Assembly (NCBI GenBank): GCA_003971905.1
Contig: RSEE01000044.1
Coordinates: forward strand, 434,001 to 498,000
From: Moniliella sp. 'wahieum'
Taxonomy: Eukaryota
Length of the DNA stretch: 64,000 bases
Reading direction: 5' to 3'
The stretch's first letter is position 1. Every line of letters begins with the position of its first letter. This document shows positions 1-14,357 of this stretch, one piece after another. Position numbers and translations under genes: made by a program. The notes under the pieces are model-generated. The model saw only the letters and a program-made list of their open reading frames with translations, searched no databases and was not told the DNA's origin.

Positions 1-1511
<1,511 letters not shown>

Positions 1512-2863
1512 TCTCACCCTCCTCATCCATCTTTCTTTTTTACCTACAACAACACAACAACACAACAATAACAACTAGTACTACTACTCCCAAGCTCTCC
1601 TTCTACATTTCTTCACGTTAATGCGACTGGACGTTGATGAGCTTCCGTTTCCATTTCCACCGTAGGAGAGCGCCCTGATTATGAACCTCTACGGCCCGCC
1701 AGTTTGCAGGTTTGCTTTCTGATACCATACCGCCTTGTTAGCAAGGTGTGCTGCTGGTGACAGTGCATACATGATTCGACTGAGTTCTAACTGAGAGGAT
1801 ATAATGGCTTCCATACTTAGACGCAGCGGCACATCTCCTCGGGTGCGCTGGCACTGTACACCATGCACCATGCTTCACTTATCACGGCGCGCTGGCCCAC
1901 GAAAGAAGACGAGACGGAGCCTGGTTCCACCGCAGTCCCACCCACGTTCCATATTCCACGTTCCCACCTCGTTTCGGTCCAGGCTCCAGGTCCAATCGGC
2001 CCGCGACTGCCGTGAAAGCACGCGCGAGGCTCGCGAGCATGAATGGGCGCATGGGCGCATGGGCACCAGCTGGATGGAATATGGATGGGGCGTTCGTTGG
2101 TGTTGACGTTGGCGTTGGTGCACTCCAGCCTGCTACGGCGGATTCACGTGCAACGTTCGTAGAGGCAGGTGGTGCATGGGGGTCGGTGGTGGTCGATAGC
2201 TTGGAGGTCGATGGGCGACGATGGATGATGGATGATGGATGATCGTCGATTGATGCGGGCTGTGATGTGAATGTGATTCATGATGGAGCTTTGAAATTTG
2301 AGGCCTGAGGCTGAGGACCAATGAGTCATTGGTGGATGATCGATGATCGATGGGCAGCAGGGGCGTGTGCTGCGGACGTCGCGGGTACTAGCGGTGCTTA
2401 ACATCACCGTGCAAATGTTCAACGCCGCTATCGATCGGCCCGCAGCGCCCCACGCAACGCACGCAGCGGGGGCCTTCTTGGTCACGCGTCACGCACCACG
2501 TGTGAGAATTGAGCGTGGGAGCGCGCTGGGGCGCCGGCGCCCGGTGGGCGACGGGAGTGGGTGGTGTGCACAGGGGCAGTGGCGGCGCCCGCCTCAGCAC
2601 AAGCGGTGGGCGGTGCAGGGGGTGCAGGCGGGTGCGGGGGCGGCAGCGCGCACTAGGGGGGGCGGCAATTAACGGGGGGCCACAGCAGGGCGCGTGCCAC
2701 GAGGCACATGTTATCTGCTGCCGGGCATATTTTTGCACCGCAGATTCATATGCGGCCTTGCTTGCCCAGAGCAGCTCTGCTCGGCCTGCCCTCTTCTCGC
2801 TCCGGCACGTCCCTTCCCTCCGTTCGGCCACCACCACCCACCCCCTCCCCTCCCTACTCCGCC

Positions 2864-4540
2864 ATGGCTCTCATACGCACCGCCACCGCCTAGAAGGCTC
2901 CTCTCCCACACCGACCACAGCCGCCCCCATCGTCTTCCCCCCAACCCCCGCCGTCCTCACCCCCCCCCCCCCCCAACCAACCTACGACGATGCTCTGCAG
3001 CTCCACCCTCAGCCCCGCCCCTCCCATGTCTGCTGACGCGCCGGAACCCGAACCCGAGCCGCTTTCAGCTCGGCCTTCGCGTCCCCACCCACCGTCCCAC
3101 GTCCCCGACCCTGCGCTCCTGCCTCAAGCGTACGCCTAGTCCGGCGGAACCAGCTTCGCGGCGTTCGGTGCCGCGGCTTATGACCCCAAGCGCCTCCTCC
3201 ACCTCGCTGGCCTCGTGCGAAAGTGTACGGACCGTGCGCTTTTCAGCGGAAGAGGTGCCTGTGTTTGCGACTCATAGCGCTAGCGAGTACGATCGTCGGC
3301 CCTCGAGTGTCGCCTACCACGGTATGGCAAGTTTGTTGGGTGCGGGGCCCCATCGGTTCGAGGACCAGGACGACGATAGGGACGCTCCCCCCGCCAGGCA
3401 CGGGCGCTGGCGAGGCTTGGATCAAGGCCCGTATCGCCTCGACCAACCAGACGGAGATGGAACAGGCGACTTCCCACCCGGATGTCGAGGACAGTATTCA
3501 GGCCATGTGGGCCTTGGGCGCAGCTCGCCTAATGGGTCTAGCCCCTGAGGAGCAGGAGCAGGAAGAAGAGCAGGAGCAGGATCAAGAACAGGAGCAGGAT
3601 CAGAAGCAGAAGCAGGAACCCGAGCTCAAACCTACACCGTCTCCCGAACGCGAGCACTGTCCTGCCAAGCGCTTGCCTGTCCCGCTGCCTTCACCTCCTC
3701 TTTTGACGGTCCAAGACCCCGCTCCGCCCGCCTCAGACGGAGACGACGAGACTGTGGTCGCGACCGAATCGGATGGCCTCGGCTCGGACTCGGATACGGG
3801 CTCAAACTCAAACTCCAACTCCAACTCCAACTCGACACGGACGCAGACGCAGAGCCTCAAACGATCTTCTTGTTTTCGCTACGTGGGGACGAGAACGAAT
3901 TGAAGTTGCCTGTACCGCGGACGAAGAAACATAAGCTCCAACCCCTCGCCCCATGTGCCCCGATGCGAAATGTGCCGTGTCGACGGGGCCCGAGGCAGGA
4001 GCGGAAGCGGAACGGGATGGGGATGGGAACTCGACGCCTGGCTCAGCCCCCATCTGCATCCGTGGAGGGAGGGGGGGCTGGACGCATACCCACTGCCCCA
4101 CCTCACCCGGAAGCCGTCGGGGTGGATATCATCCTCTCCGCGCAGTCCGCCTGGGCTATGTGGATCCACAAGCTCTGCCCCGTCATCACCGTCGTCGCTA
4201 TCGTCGACAGTGGGCTCGCGCTCCGTCTCGCCAAGCATACCATTTACCTCGGGAAGGGGCACCTTGCCTCCCTTGCCGTGTGCCCTGCCCGACGACCAGG
4301 CTCGCGAACGCGAACGCGCACGTTAGGTATGGGTCCCCATCACCATGCCAAGCTTAATCGCAAGGCACATGTTCAACGCGTTTGCCTCATGGCCCGGTTT
4401 GGCTTGTTGGACCAGCCGCCGCCGCCTTTGCCGGGTGCGATGGGCCCGCCACACCCCGTGCACCCGCATCCGCACCTGCATCCGCACCCGCATCCGCACA
4501 CGAACGCGGTCCGACCCCCCTGGTTCCTACTTCTAGGCTA
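2864..4540 (+). CDS. hypothetical low-complexity protein with RVxF-like/PP1-docking motif
   Basis: Consecutive overlapping ORFs (2694-3548, 3223-3903, 3955-4326), Ser/Pro/Glu-rich, containing RSCLK...VRTVRFSAEEVPVFATHSASEYDRRP. Start and end are uncertain. Confidence 0.4.
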
Positions 4541-4897
4541 GGTTTTCTTTTTTCCTTTTCCCTTTTTTTTTTCCTTTTCCTTTTTCCATTTTCGCTTGTG
4601 TTCGTTTGTTTTCGGTTGTGTTCGGTTGTGTTTGTTGGGTTTCGCGGGGGCTCGCATTCTCTTAGTTCGCGTGCCTTCCTTGGAGGCACGTGGTCCTGGT
4701 TCTCGGTCCTTGGTCCCCGGATTTGCGTCGAGCGTCATGGTATGCTCTGTCTGTGGGCACAATATGGTCTCAGGTGATTTCCATCCCATTTTCATTCCCA
4801 TTTTCATTCCCGTATGGACTTCGGTGCTTGTCATGGGGCATGCTGTGGCGCGTGCACGGATAGTGCGAGTGCGAGCGGTACCGGTTCTAGCTCGGGC

Positions 4898-5091
4898 GTA
4901 TGGTATGTTATGTTATGGTATGGTATGGTATGGTATGGTATGGTATGGTATGGTATGGTATGTATGGTATGGTATGGTATGGTTGGTATGGTATGGTATG
5001 GTGGTAGGTATGGTATGGTATGGTGGTATGGTATGTATGGTATGGTATGGTTGGTATGGTATGGTATGGTATGGTATGGTATGGTATGGTA
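4898..5091. repeat. (ATGGT)n pentanucleotide microsatellite, ~195 bp, imperfect
   Basis: Direct reading: tatggtatggtatgg... Confidence 0.97.
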
Positions 5092-7051
5092 GGGTCTGGC
5101 GATGATGCGATGATGCGATGCCTATGGCCCCCAGCCCTACTGGTTGTTGACTACTGGCTACTGGCTGCAGACCTAGCGGGATAGATGTTTTGAGGCACCG
5201 TAGACGAACAGTAGAGATACTTGAGCTGGCAATCATATATGGCGTTTGACAGCTCTTGTCCAATGGTCACTGTGTAACAGCGAATCTTGCACATGTTTGC
5301 AGGCTGTGTATGACCGACTTGGCGAGATGCTCACGACGGTACTGTGACCAAGTTTGGCGCCTCATCATTGCAGGAGAGGAACAACAACGACTGTCAGGAG
5401 TTTGAGCGCCTCATCAGGGCATCCGTGGGAGCTCTTTTCACGGATCAAAAGTATGATTGTCGAACCTGTTTTAACGGACATGGACCACACTGGTCTCTCT
5501 GGTCCACTCCGATCGGTGGGCGACTGGACGGTCGAACCTCCAATTAAACGAAAAATAATGAACTGAATGGACGTCCATATGTTTTGTTTTGTTTTGACAT
5601 TGGTTTTGGTACGATGCAGTGTGTGGTTCCCGTCAACCTGAGCATGTGGTGAATGCCGGGGAGAGACGGTACATCCAATATTGAATTTGAGTGGCCGGGC
5701 ACAACACCCAACACCCAACTCCTATACCTGCAGCTGAAGATTGTTTCGTTGGTAACGCATAATGGCCAACCCGACACCAGGGTTGTCTACCCGGCTGGCC
5801 GGAGCACCTGAGCGCCTGAGCGCCTGAGCTGAATATGCGCTGAATATCCAAATTGAATCGGCTGTGTGAGACACGGCTGTTCCGCACAAGGAGAGCGGAT
5901 CTTTTGCAGAATGGCGCAGAGAGCACGGGGGCAGTGTGTGGCGCCCCCCGCACTGGGAAGGAAGAAATGCAAGCCCTATTGTGTTTTCGCCACTAGGCGC
6001 CAGGGGTTCAACGTTCATGCAGTTCATGCATCATGTCCGTCGACTGTACCTGCTGTTCCCAGTGTGAGACCTGAGTGTAGTTTGGTCTATTCTGAGAAAC
6101 AGTCGTATGTTTGTGTGGCTTTCTCATGTCGAGCTGCACTCAACTCAGTACTCGCCATTGCACACACTGCATGTCGCTCTACTCGAGATTGCAAAATCTC
6201 CTGGGTGCCTGTGTTTACCCAGACGGCACATAGCCTTTTGACACAACGAAGGAGTAGCTGCTGACAGGAGTTTACCAACCATCAAACGTGGTGTGGAGGT
6301 TATGTCTACATGGGGCAATCGTCTTCCTGGTAAGAACTGTATAAGTACCCCGGCCCTGGCCCTGCTTGCTTTGGTATTCGCACCGTCTCCCCCCACCCTC
6401 ACCCCTTCCGCTTCTCTGTCTTTCGCCCCCGCAGCTTTCAATAAGTGAAAAGGATGTCTAAATTCACCGACATGTTTCGCAAGACCTTTGGCTCCAAACC
6501 AAGCTCAAGCCAACCGGATCTGTCTTCCCTCCTCCTGTACGTCACAAATCATACGGCCTTGCGTGGCAGAGAGGGATCCTAACACACCATCATACTTTTT
6601 GCTTTGATCTCAGTCCCAATTAGAAGCACTGCACAACACCTGGCATAGGTTAGGCTACAACACTCGAGCCCAGCTGGTCTGGCCGTCCTCTTCCCAAGGA
6701 TTTTTGCAACCCCCCCGATGCGGATAAATTGAGAGGATCTGGCTGGATTGCACTCTGTTGGTTTGGTGTAACATGCGTGCCATGTAACCTCATGGCACAC
6801 TACAAGGCATACTCCACATGTGTACCTTCATATCGGGTTGCTGGCAGGGTCCATCTCACCAGTGGCCTTCCATTACCAAGCTTTTGACCCCCTATTTTGG
6901 GGTTTGAACTCTTCTGAAGTGGGCTCTCAACGGTTCCCCCTGCTTTGCGTCCATCGTCAGTTGTACTACTACTATAGTATATAGTCACACTTGCTCTCAT
7001 TTTCACTCGCTCTTTATCAGAGAGTCGTGCATCCAATGCATTCCACGTCCA

Positions 7052-8891
7052 TCATTGCGCCGCAGTAACAGATATTGTGATGCATGGTGAGATATTACTC
7101 AGTCCTCTCAGGCGCAAAGGTCCTGGCAGTTGCTCTTCATTTAAGGGTTTGCTCTCAAGCTCCACCTCGGTCGAACCCGAATTGGCTTGCACCGGGTTCG
7201 ACTGAACAACAACATGTTGGGGTCGTAAGGTAGCAAAGGTTAGATAAGAAGTATGGCCACGCATCTGCATTGTAACGGTGTTAGTCACTCCCTTTCTCTC
7301 GGCTGGATTCTCAACGTACCTCTGAGGCAGGCTTGGACAAGACGTGGCTGCCTTGAGAGCCGTGGTACCACTCGATACTTTGGGGCCCGACGCGATCAAA
7401 TAGCGCTTGACGAGGAACTGGGGGTCGTTGGTCTTGGCTTGGGACATTTGGGTTGATTGTGGTGTGGATTGCACCTCTTGATCCACAAGCATAGCTTCGT
7501 CTCTGTGTTCTGCAACTTGGCCCTCTTGGAGGTGGAGGACTACTCTCGGGAGAGATCGGCAGGACGCTTGTCTCCCGTGCTAGCTGGGTTGCTTTCGTCC
7601 GGTTCGGTTTCGGGGCGGGAAACAACTTGGCAGCAGCCTTTTCCTTCTTGATTCGAGATCGTTCGATCTGCTCCAACCGCTTGATTTCCTTGATCCGCTC
7701 AATTTCCCGCAATCGCTCGGCAACCTGCGTGACATCTTTGAGTGGTCCCAGGGAAGCCGTAAAAGGCTGATGCTCTCTGGTGAGCGACTCGAACGTCTCC
7801 ACCTCAGTAAAGCCAGCTTCGGATAGAGCTTGGGTGTGTGCGCAAACTTGTTCCATGCAAGGACTGAAGGTACAGATCCTCGTCGCCACATCGGGGTTGA
7901 GTGCGGCCTTGGCAAACGGAACTGCCTCCCAGGGAGCAGGAAGGTCGAGGAAGATCGCATCAGCGTACATGCCTTCAGGCAATCCAAAGCCCGAGCGACA
8001 AACATTGCGATGGTTTAAGGCTACCACGCCGGGTACCAAGCCGTGCGCTTCAAACTCGATTCTGGAAAACAAAAGAATGTGATGTCAGTCAGCGAATCAG
8101 CACTTTTTTTGGAAGAAACAGTGCACGTACTTGGCCTTGCGTGCCCGTTCCGAGTGGAACTCAAACGACCATACCCGTCCCTCATTTGGCACCAACGGCC
8201 CACCCGCCTCGTCCAAGGTCAAGATATTGTCCGATCCCGAGGGGGACGTGTCGTCGTCTTCCACACAGCCCAGGTCTTCCGTATCCGCCGCAGCGTAGTC
8301 AGGGTTGTCCGACTTGGGCCGAGAAGGACGAGCATTGCGACCTGCACCACGACCTTGCGTCGAACCCATCCCTGGCACGCCCAGCCAGCGGACACTCCGC
8401 TGGGCCTCGGTTGCGACGGCACGGACTAGAGCATGCGTCATGCTCCCACTCCCAGTTCCCGCTTCGATCACTCGTGCTCCTGGAGTGAGCCCGAGATGAG
8501 AGGAAACAAATGAAATGTCAGGGTAGTATAGGATCTGGGTACGATGGGGCAGTGCCAAGGTCCACAGCGATGCTGTGGGACGGAGGAGGTGAATGAAGCC
8601 CTTCTTGTTGCGGCTGAAGATACGACTTCCAAATGGAAGCCCAATCATGTCGTTGTGCGGAAAGGCGCCAAACACATTCACAAACTCTTGACCAGGCGTG
8701 ACGGTGAGAGGCAAGGGAGTGGCAGTGTGGGAGACAAAGAGGATCACCAGATCGCCCGGTTGGATCGTGAGATGTTTCCTGGCAACACCCATCGGCTCCC
8801 CTGGAGGCGATGTTGAAGGGGTGGCAGAAGCCTTAACAACCGATACATCCGCGAGGGTGGTTGCGTCAGAGGCGGGGTCGGAGGTGGCCAT
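7052..8891 (-). CDS. TRM61: tRNA (adenine-58-N1)-methyltransferase catalytic subunit
   Basis: LWTLALPHRTQILYYPDISF, IEAGTGSGSMTH, FEFHSERA, DAIFLDLPAPWEA, FSPCMEQV, MRGHTSYLTFA. One short intron at ~8065-8130. Confidence 0.93.
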
Positions 8892-9448
8892 CGTCGTCTA
8901 AGCCGATGTCGTCGTTGCAAGCACAAGTTGGGGCAGGGGCAGGTGCTGGTGAGGAGAAAAAAGAAGAGAGAAGCGGAACAGGATCTGTGATTCCGCTCGG
9001 CCACCCCATACTGCACCAGAGCCACCGATCATGCATCATGCATCATGCATCACATGGCATGCATCAACGTTTATTGACGTGTTCGCACGTATACGTTACG
9101 TTGATCGTCGTCCGCATATTTCCAAACGTGTTGAACACGTTGAACGGAGCCATAGAGTTTGACCAGAACTGCTGCCGCCCTGACGAGGCATCGTCGGAAC
9201 CTAATTTATGGAAGGAAAACCGGCCATAATCGTGGGGGAGGCGGCCGGGGAGATGCCTCATGATATATTTTGCGATATATGACGAACAATTCTACTCCTT
9301 TCCCCGTGATATGCCTGCAGTGAGTTATTGTGTGTGAGCTGCCAGCAACCAAATGTATAAAGTACCCCCGCAAGTCCGTGTCGATCCATATTCTAATTGA
9401 TTTGATCCTCCGAGATGCATAAAAGGGGGAAAAGGGGGTTGAGAACTT

Positions 9449-11873
9449 TTACTGCTTGAACGAGCCAAAGACAGCATTGCCATCAGGCAGCGCCAACAAA
9501 CTGTCCAACTGAGCCCACGCATTGGCCGTGTTGCGGTGAATATACGCCTCATTCTCGGGGAAGCGCAGAGCACGCCAGGTGGGAATAACCAAACGAAGTG
9601 CAAACCGAGCCAAGACAAAATCAAAGATCAACTTACGTTCGAGTGGGCTGAACGGCCGGACATCGTTGTACCCCCGCAAGAAACTTAGTCCCCGCTCCAG
9701 CCAATCCGAATCGCTGTCGGGTGCACCGAGACTGTACACTGCACCCACCGCAGCATCCTGTACCACAGGGGCACGGATGGAATCGCCCCAATCAATGATC
9801 CCTACCACTTCATCGGGTGCGGTGTGACTGACCAACACATTGGCCGCATTCAAATCGTTGTGCACCACCGACTGTTCCAGCTCACCACTCGCCACATAGG
9901 GAGCGACCCGCTGCTCATAATTGACAATCAATCCCTCGACCACTTCTCGCTCCTTGTCAGAGCGTAGTGCATCCATGTACTTGCGCATCTGTCCCACATG
10001 CGTGGCGTCCCACAGCAGCTCGTGGTCTTGGCCGGGGTGGGAAAAGCCTTTGAGCGCAAGGCTGATCTGGGCCCCCACTCGACCGATATTGTATGCTTGA
10101 GCGGGCGTACGGGGAGATGAGCTGAGCATGTCGCCCTCCAAAAAAGTGACAACCCTCACCACTCGGTTCTGGAATAAGAGCTGACCCTCGCTGTCCTTCG
10201 GTGAGGCCGTTGGTGACGGTTCAATCACCCGGGCTACAGGCAAGTGCGGCGCCACCTTTGGAGATGGTGTAGGACCGATGTTTGGAAGGCCGACATCTCG
10301 GCTGGTTCGGAAGGATGAACAAACTTGATGGTGAAACGCTGACCGTCCGAGGCGGTCACTCGAAAGTTGTCGTCCCGTTCCCCAATTAGCCGCTTGAGCG
10401 GCTGAGCGGCCGTGATACCGAAATGCTGTTCCAATACCTCTTGAGCTTCAGTTTCCGTCACTGGGGTCCGGTCCGCCTCCAGAACCGAGCCGCCCGTATT
10501 TGTTGATGGTGTGAGGGATGCACTCTGTATGGTTGCCTCGAGCGCGGCCAGGAAGTGCTGGGCATGGGCTTTGGTGAATGCAAGAAGAGGGCGAATCTTG
10601 AGCGAATTGCCTGCCTTCGAGGTGGTTGAGATAAGCACTCTGCGCTCCCGCATTGCGTTTACCACCAGCTTGGCCAGGTCGGCATCAGGCTCCTTGGACC
10701 CTCTGTCCTTCACGAACTCGACGGCAAAGTACTGTCCTGCGCCACGAACATCACCAATACAAGCGTACTTCTCTTTGAGCCGCTCAAGCCCTGCGAGAGT
10801 GAACCCCCCTACTTCCGCAGCTTGGGGCATGAGACGTAACACCTCGTCAAGTGTGGCACTGGCGGCTGCGATGCTCACAGGGTTGCCTCCAAAGGTATTG
10901 AAGTACCTTACGTCTCGGCCAAACGTATCGGCGACATCAGATCGAGCGATGCAGGCAGCAACGGGAACCCCATTGCCCATGGGTTTGCCCACTGTGACCA
11001 GGTCGGGAGGACACCGTGATTCTGGAAACCCCATACTTTGCTCCCCGTCCGACCAAACCCGGGCTGAACCTCATCGGCGATGAACAGTCCATCATGTTTG
11101 TGCACCACTTCCACTGCCGCCTTCAAAAATCCCTCGGGGCCGGGGAACATGCCGTCAGATGAGAAGATCGTGTCAACAAGGAGGCCGGCAAACTTGATCC
11201 CAGCTTTGGTCATGTCGGCAATCGCAGACTCAATGTCGGCGGCAAACTTGGCCCCCACATCAGTGCCGGTAGGCGTGCGGTAAAAGTCAGGAGCAGGTAC
11301 GGTGCGAGCATGCGGGTGCAACGGCGTGCCGGCACCCATGCTGGGTGAGAGAGAGGCGATGAGCTCAGAGGTGCCATGGTACGCATTGTCGGTGACAATA
11401 ATACCTGTGCCGCCAGTGAAATGCTTGACCATGCGCACCGCCAGGTCGTTCGCCTCAGATCCAGTGCAGGCAAACATGATTCGCCCCTTGCGCAGCTCGG
11501 GCTCGTGATCAAATGTAGCCAAGAGCCGGTCTGCATAATTGAGAATTTGATCGCTCATGTAACGGGTGTGGGTATTGAGGGTGGCGAGTTGCTTGCTCAC
11601 CGCTCCTACCACATGGGGATTGCAGTGCCCGACGCTGACCACGTTGTTGTAACAGTCGAGATACGCGGTGCCGTCCGGGTCGTACAGGTGCACGCCTTCG
11701 CCGCGCACGAATTCGACGGGGTGCTGATATTGAAGCTTGTAGGCTGGACCCAGGAGGCGTTGGCGGCGCTCAATGATGGTACGCTCGTGCGTATTCAGCG
11801 CTCCAGCGGTTCGAGGGTCGAATCCGTTCTGCATTCCTCCCGTAGGGTCGGAAGTGGACTTGGATGCGGACAT
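9449..11873 (-). CDS. fusion protein: N-terminal class-III PLP aminotransferase/phospho-lyase (PHYKPL/ETNPPL-like) + C-terminal aminoglycoside-phosphotransferase-like (hydroxylysine kinase-like) domain; intronless
   Basis: AT-III motifs YLDCYNNVVSVGHC, TGSEAND, AYHG, DEVQPGFGRTG, VTVGKPMGNG, NTFGGNP, GDVRGAG, LKIRP. Kinase motifs LIGERDDNF, HNDLNAANVLV, GIIDWGD. The junction is in frame within ORF 10234-11034. Two indels at ~11020 and ~10255. Confidence 0.88.
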
Positions 11874-12114
11874 GGGGTGGATGCAGCGTTAGAGGCAAAG
11901 GTGGGGGATGGTGTGGAAATGCCAAGTGGGTCCCTGCCCTGCTGGTAATCAATGTACAACAGATGCTTTAGGACCATGTCACAATTAAAGTTTTTTATCG
12001 CCCTGGCGTTGGCCGTCTCTTTGGTTTGACGCGGTCCTATTATATGAGGCACACTATTTTCCGAAGCTGCTTCTCGGTATACGCGGTCCAAGCCGTGTAC
12101 ACTCGACTGCCATT

Positions 12115-13378
12115 TCAATCGGACAATACGATGGGCTCAACAGGTGCAGGTGCTGTCGTTGCCGTGGCAGTTGTGGGTCGGAGAATATCATCCGGTACGG
12201 CTGCGAAAATGACATCGTCGTCATCGTCCATGAAGCCTTCCGACTCATCTTCTACTATTAACGGTATGTCTTGCGCCCTGGCCGTCGCCTGTGGTGGGGC
12301 TCGTGAGTCTTGCGTTACTTGGGAGGCAGTGGGGGGCCTGCCAGCGGGGTGCCTCCCCGCGGTGGGCTCTGCGTTAGGTCGGATCCCCAGTTCTTTCTCA
12401 AGACGACTGACATAGTTCACCTCCCATCCATCTTGGAGCTCAAATACGCTCCCGCCAAGAATTTGCACGTTGCTGTTTCGCAGCAATAACTTGCCTTCTC
12501 GTACCTCGACATTTCGCAATAGCAACTGAGATGAGTAGGAATAGGTTAGCTACCGTCATTGATGCCTTAGGGATGGGGGAGTAGAACAGAAACAAGGCGT
12601 CATTACCTTGCATCCCAATGGGTAGCTCCCATCCGTAGACCCTCTATCCTTTCCATCTCAATTCCAACAACAGAAGGAGCATCCACCCCGCCCGCCCTTT
12701 GCTCAGCGGTACTGGCCATACCATCGTCCAGCTCCAAGAGGAGCATCGAGCGCGGGTATTTGATACCGGTAGCAATCGCTTCTTGCTCCTCAGCTGTCAT
12801 CTCATCAGTGTTTTCTTCCTCGGCAGGCAAGCGTGCCTCGGGTGCCTGCCTGTTGCGCGCATCCTCTGCTAAAAGTTTTTTGCCAGCCTCAGTTTGTCGA
12901 GCAAGAAGACGAGAGCGTGTGATGTCGAGGAGGGTTTGTTTGGAGACGCCAATGTCTGGTGGAGTACATGATCCATTGGTGAGTGAGTGCGCGGTAGGGA
13001 AAGATCCAGACGGAAGCGCAACACACCTGTGATGCCCACGATCTGTACCAGCAGTCCTTGGTGTTTCTTGGGACCTTCGGAGGAGCTGAGCCAGGCATGT
13101 TGGGCCCGACTCACCCCGCCGTCGGGGCGAGGGTGCAGACACGAGTCAAACCCACCTCGTTTCTGTGCGCGGTGCTCTGGGTCGATGAGGGCGGCCAGGT
13201 CGGCATGGAGGAGCTCATGGTGGACGCGCGCCTGTAGCGCACTGAGCCCTATGCTCGGGTTGGACGAGGCGACGTACTCAGTGGCGTCCTGGACCCACTC
13301 GCGGTTGAGGGGGAGAGTCGGGTACCGGGACAGAAGGTAAGCTTGCACCGCCGCCACCTGGGTTCGCGATTGGGCCAT
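12115..13378 (-). CDS. RMI1: RecQ-mediated genome instability protein 1 (RMI1-like, N-terminal helical + OB fold)
   Basis: N-terminus (..YPTLPLNREWV...ELLHADL), LLVQIVGIT, PRSMLLLELDDG, GIEMERIEGL..G.KLLLRNVEVREGKLLLRNSNVQILGG. Introns at ~12526-12604 and ~12958-13026. Confidence 0.78.
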
Positions 13379-14357
13379 GGGCGCACAGGTTGGGGCCGTG
13401 GGACACAGGAGTGGCGGTGACTCTCTGGCTCTCCTCCTGGTCTGCTGTTGTGGTTGCGCGTGGCGAGCACGGTTGGCCCCCGGGGGGCGCGTTGGGCAAG
13501 GTTTGAAACGTGCAATGCCGGGCCTGGCTGCACGTGATGCGTGAGCAGCGTGGACGCGCGTGGCCGGGTGGCCGGTGGCATCCGCACCAACGCGAGTTGG
13601 CCTCCTCAGGCATCGAAGATCTAACTCGTCAGTCTCCACCACACCTGGAGGCTACTGCTCACCACGGGGCGGCCTCAGAGGAGCCAACCTCGCACAACTC
13701 AGCACTAATGGGGATGGGTGGGGCAATAGCGGTGGGCAGTGGGTACTCTCTATACATTGGCCTTTCACTATATCGCATGTAAACAGTGCCAGGCTTTTCG
13801 CTGCTCTTCTTTTGGGTTGGCATGGCTGAGATCTGGGTCTGAGAAGGTCTGGATCTGAGAACGTGAAGCATCGCTGCAGGCCACGAGGTTACCGGTGAGG
13901 AATGATTAATGACGTTTCCATGGCGGTGGGAACGCCAAGCGATCTCGATGGGTGTGTCTGGCTTGAAACGGCGACTGTGCTGGGATTGCGACGGCACAGA
14001 CTGGACTGGGCAAAAAAAATTGCTACCTGCTGCAGGTTATCTCCGGGCATTGCACCGATGCAACCCTTCGGCAGTGGGGGGCTATCAATCATGCATAGCA
14101 CTGGTGCCCTCGCTCCTGGAAGCGGCACAGCGCCAGCATGAGTCGTAACGCTCATGCCTGATTTGGGGTTGCAACCGCTGACTGGGGGGTAGGGTTGCAG
14201 CCAGAGTGCACTGGCGTAGGCGCGGTGGCGGGGGTGGCGGGGGTGGCGCGGCGCGCGGCTCGGCTCGCTTGGCGTGAGGTGGGTCATCTCACCACCACCA
14301 CCACCACTCTCCTCCCTTTCCCCTTGCCCCGTCCTCGATAAGCATCGTCTGCACAAC

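Noticed and set aside
4898..5091. Possible telomeric or CRISPR-like array
   Set aside because: The unit is ATGGT, not TTAGGG. It is internal and has no unique spacers, and the context is eukaryotic.
4596..5263. ORFs with WYGMV/YHTIP repeats
   Set aside because: Translations of the (ATGGT)n microsatellite.
5300..7000. Short ORFs and a possible small spliced gene near 6340-6580
   Set aside because: No recognisable domains and no convincing ORF length.
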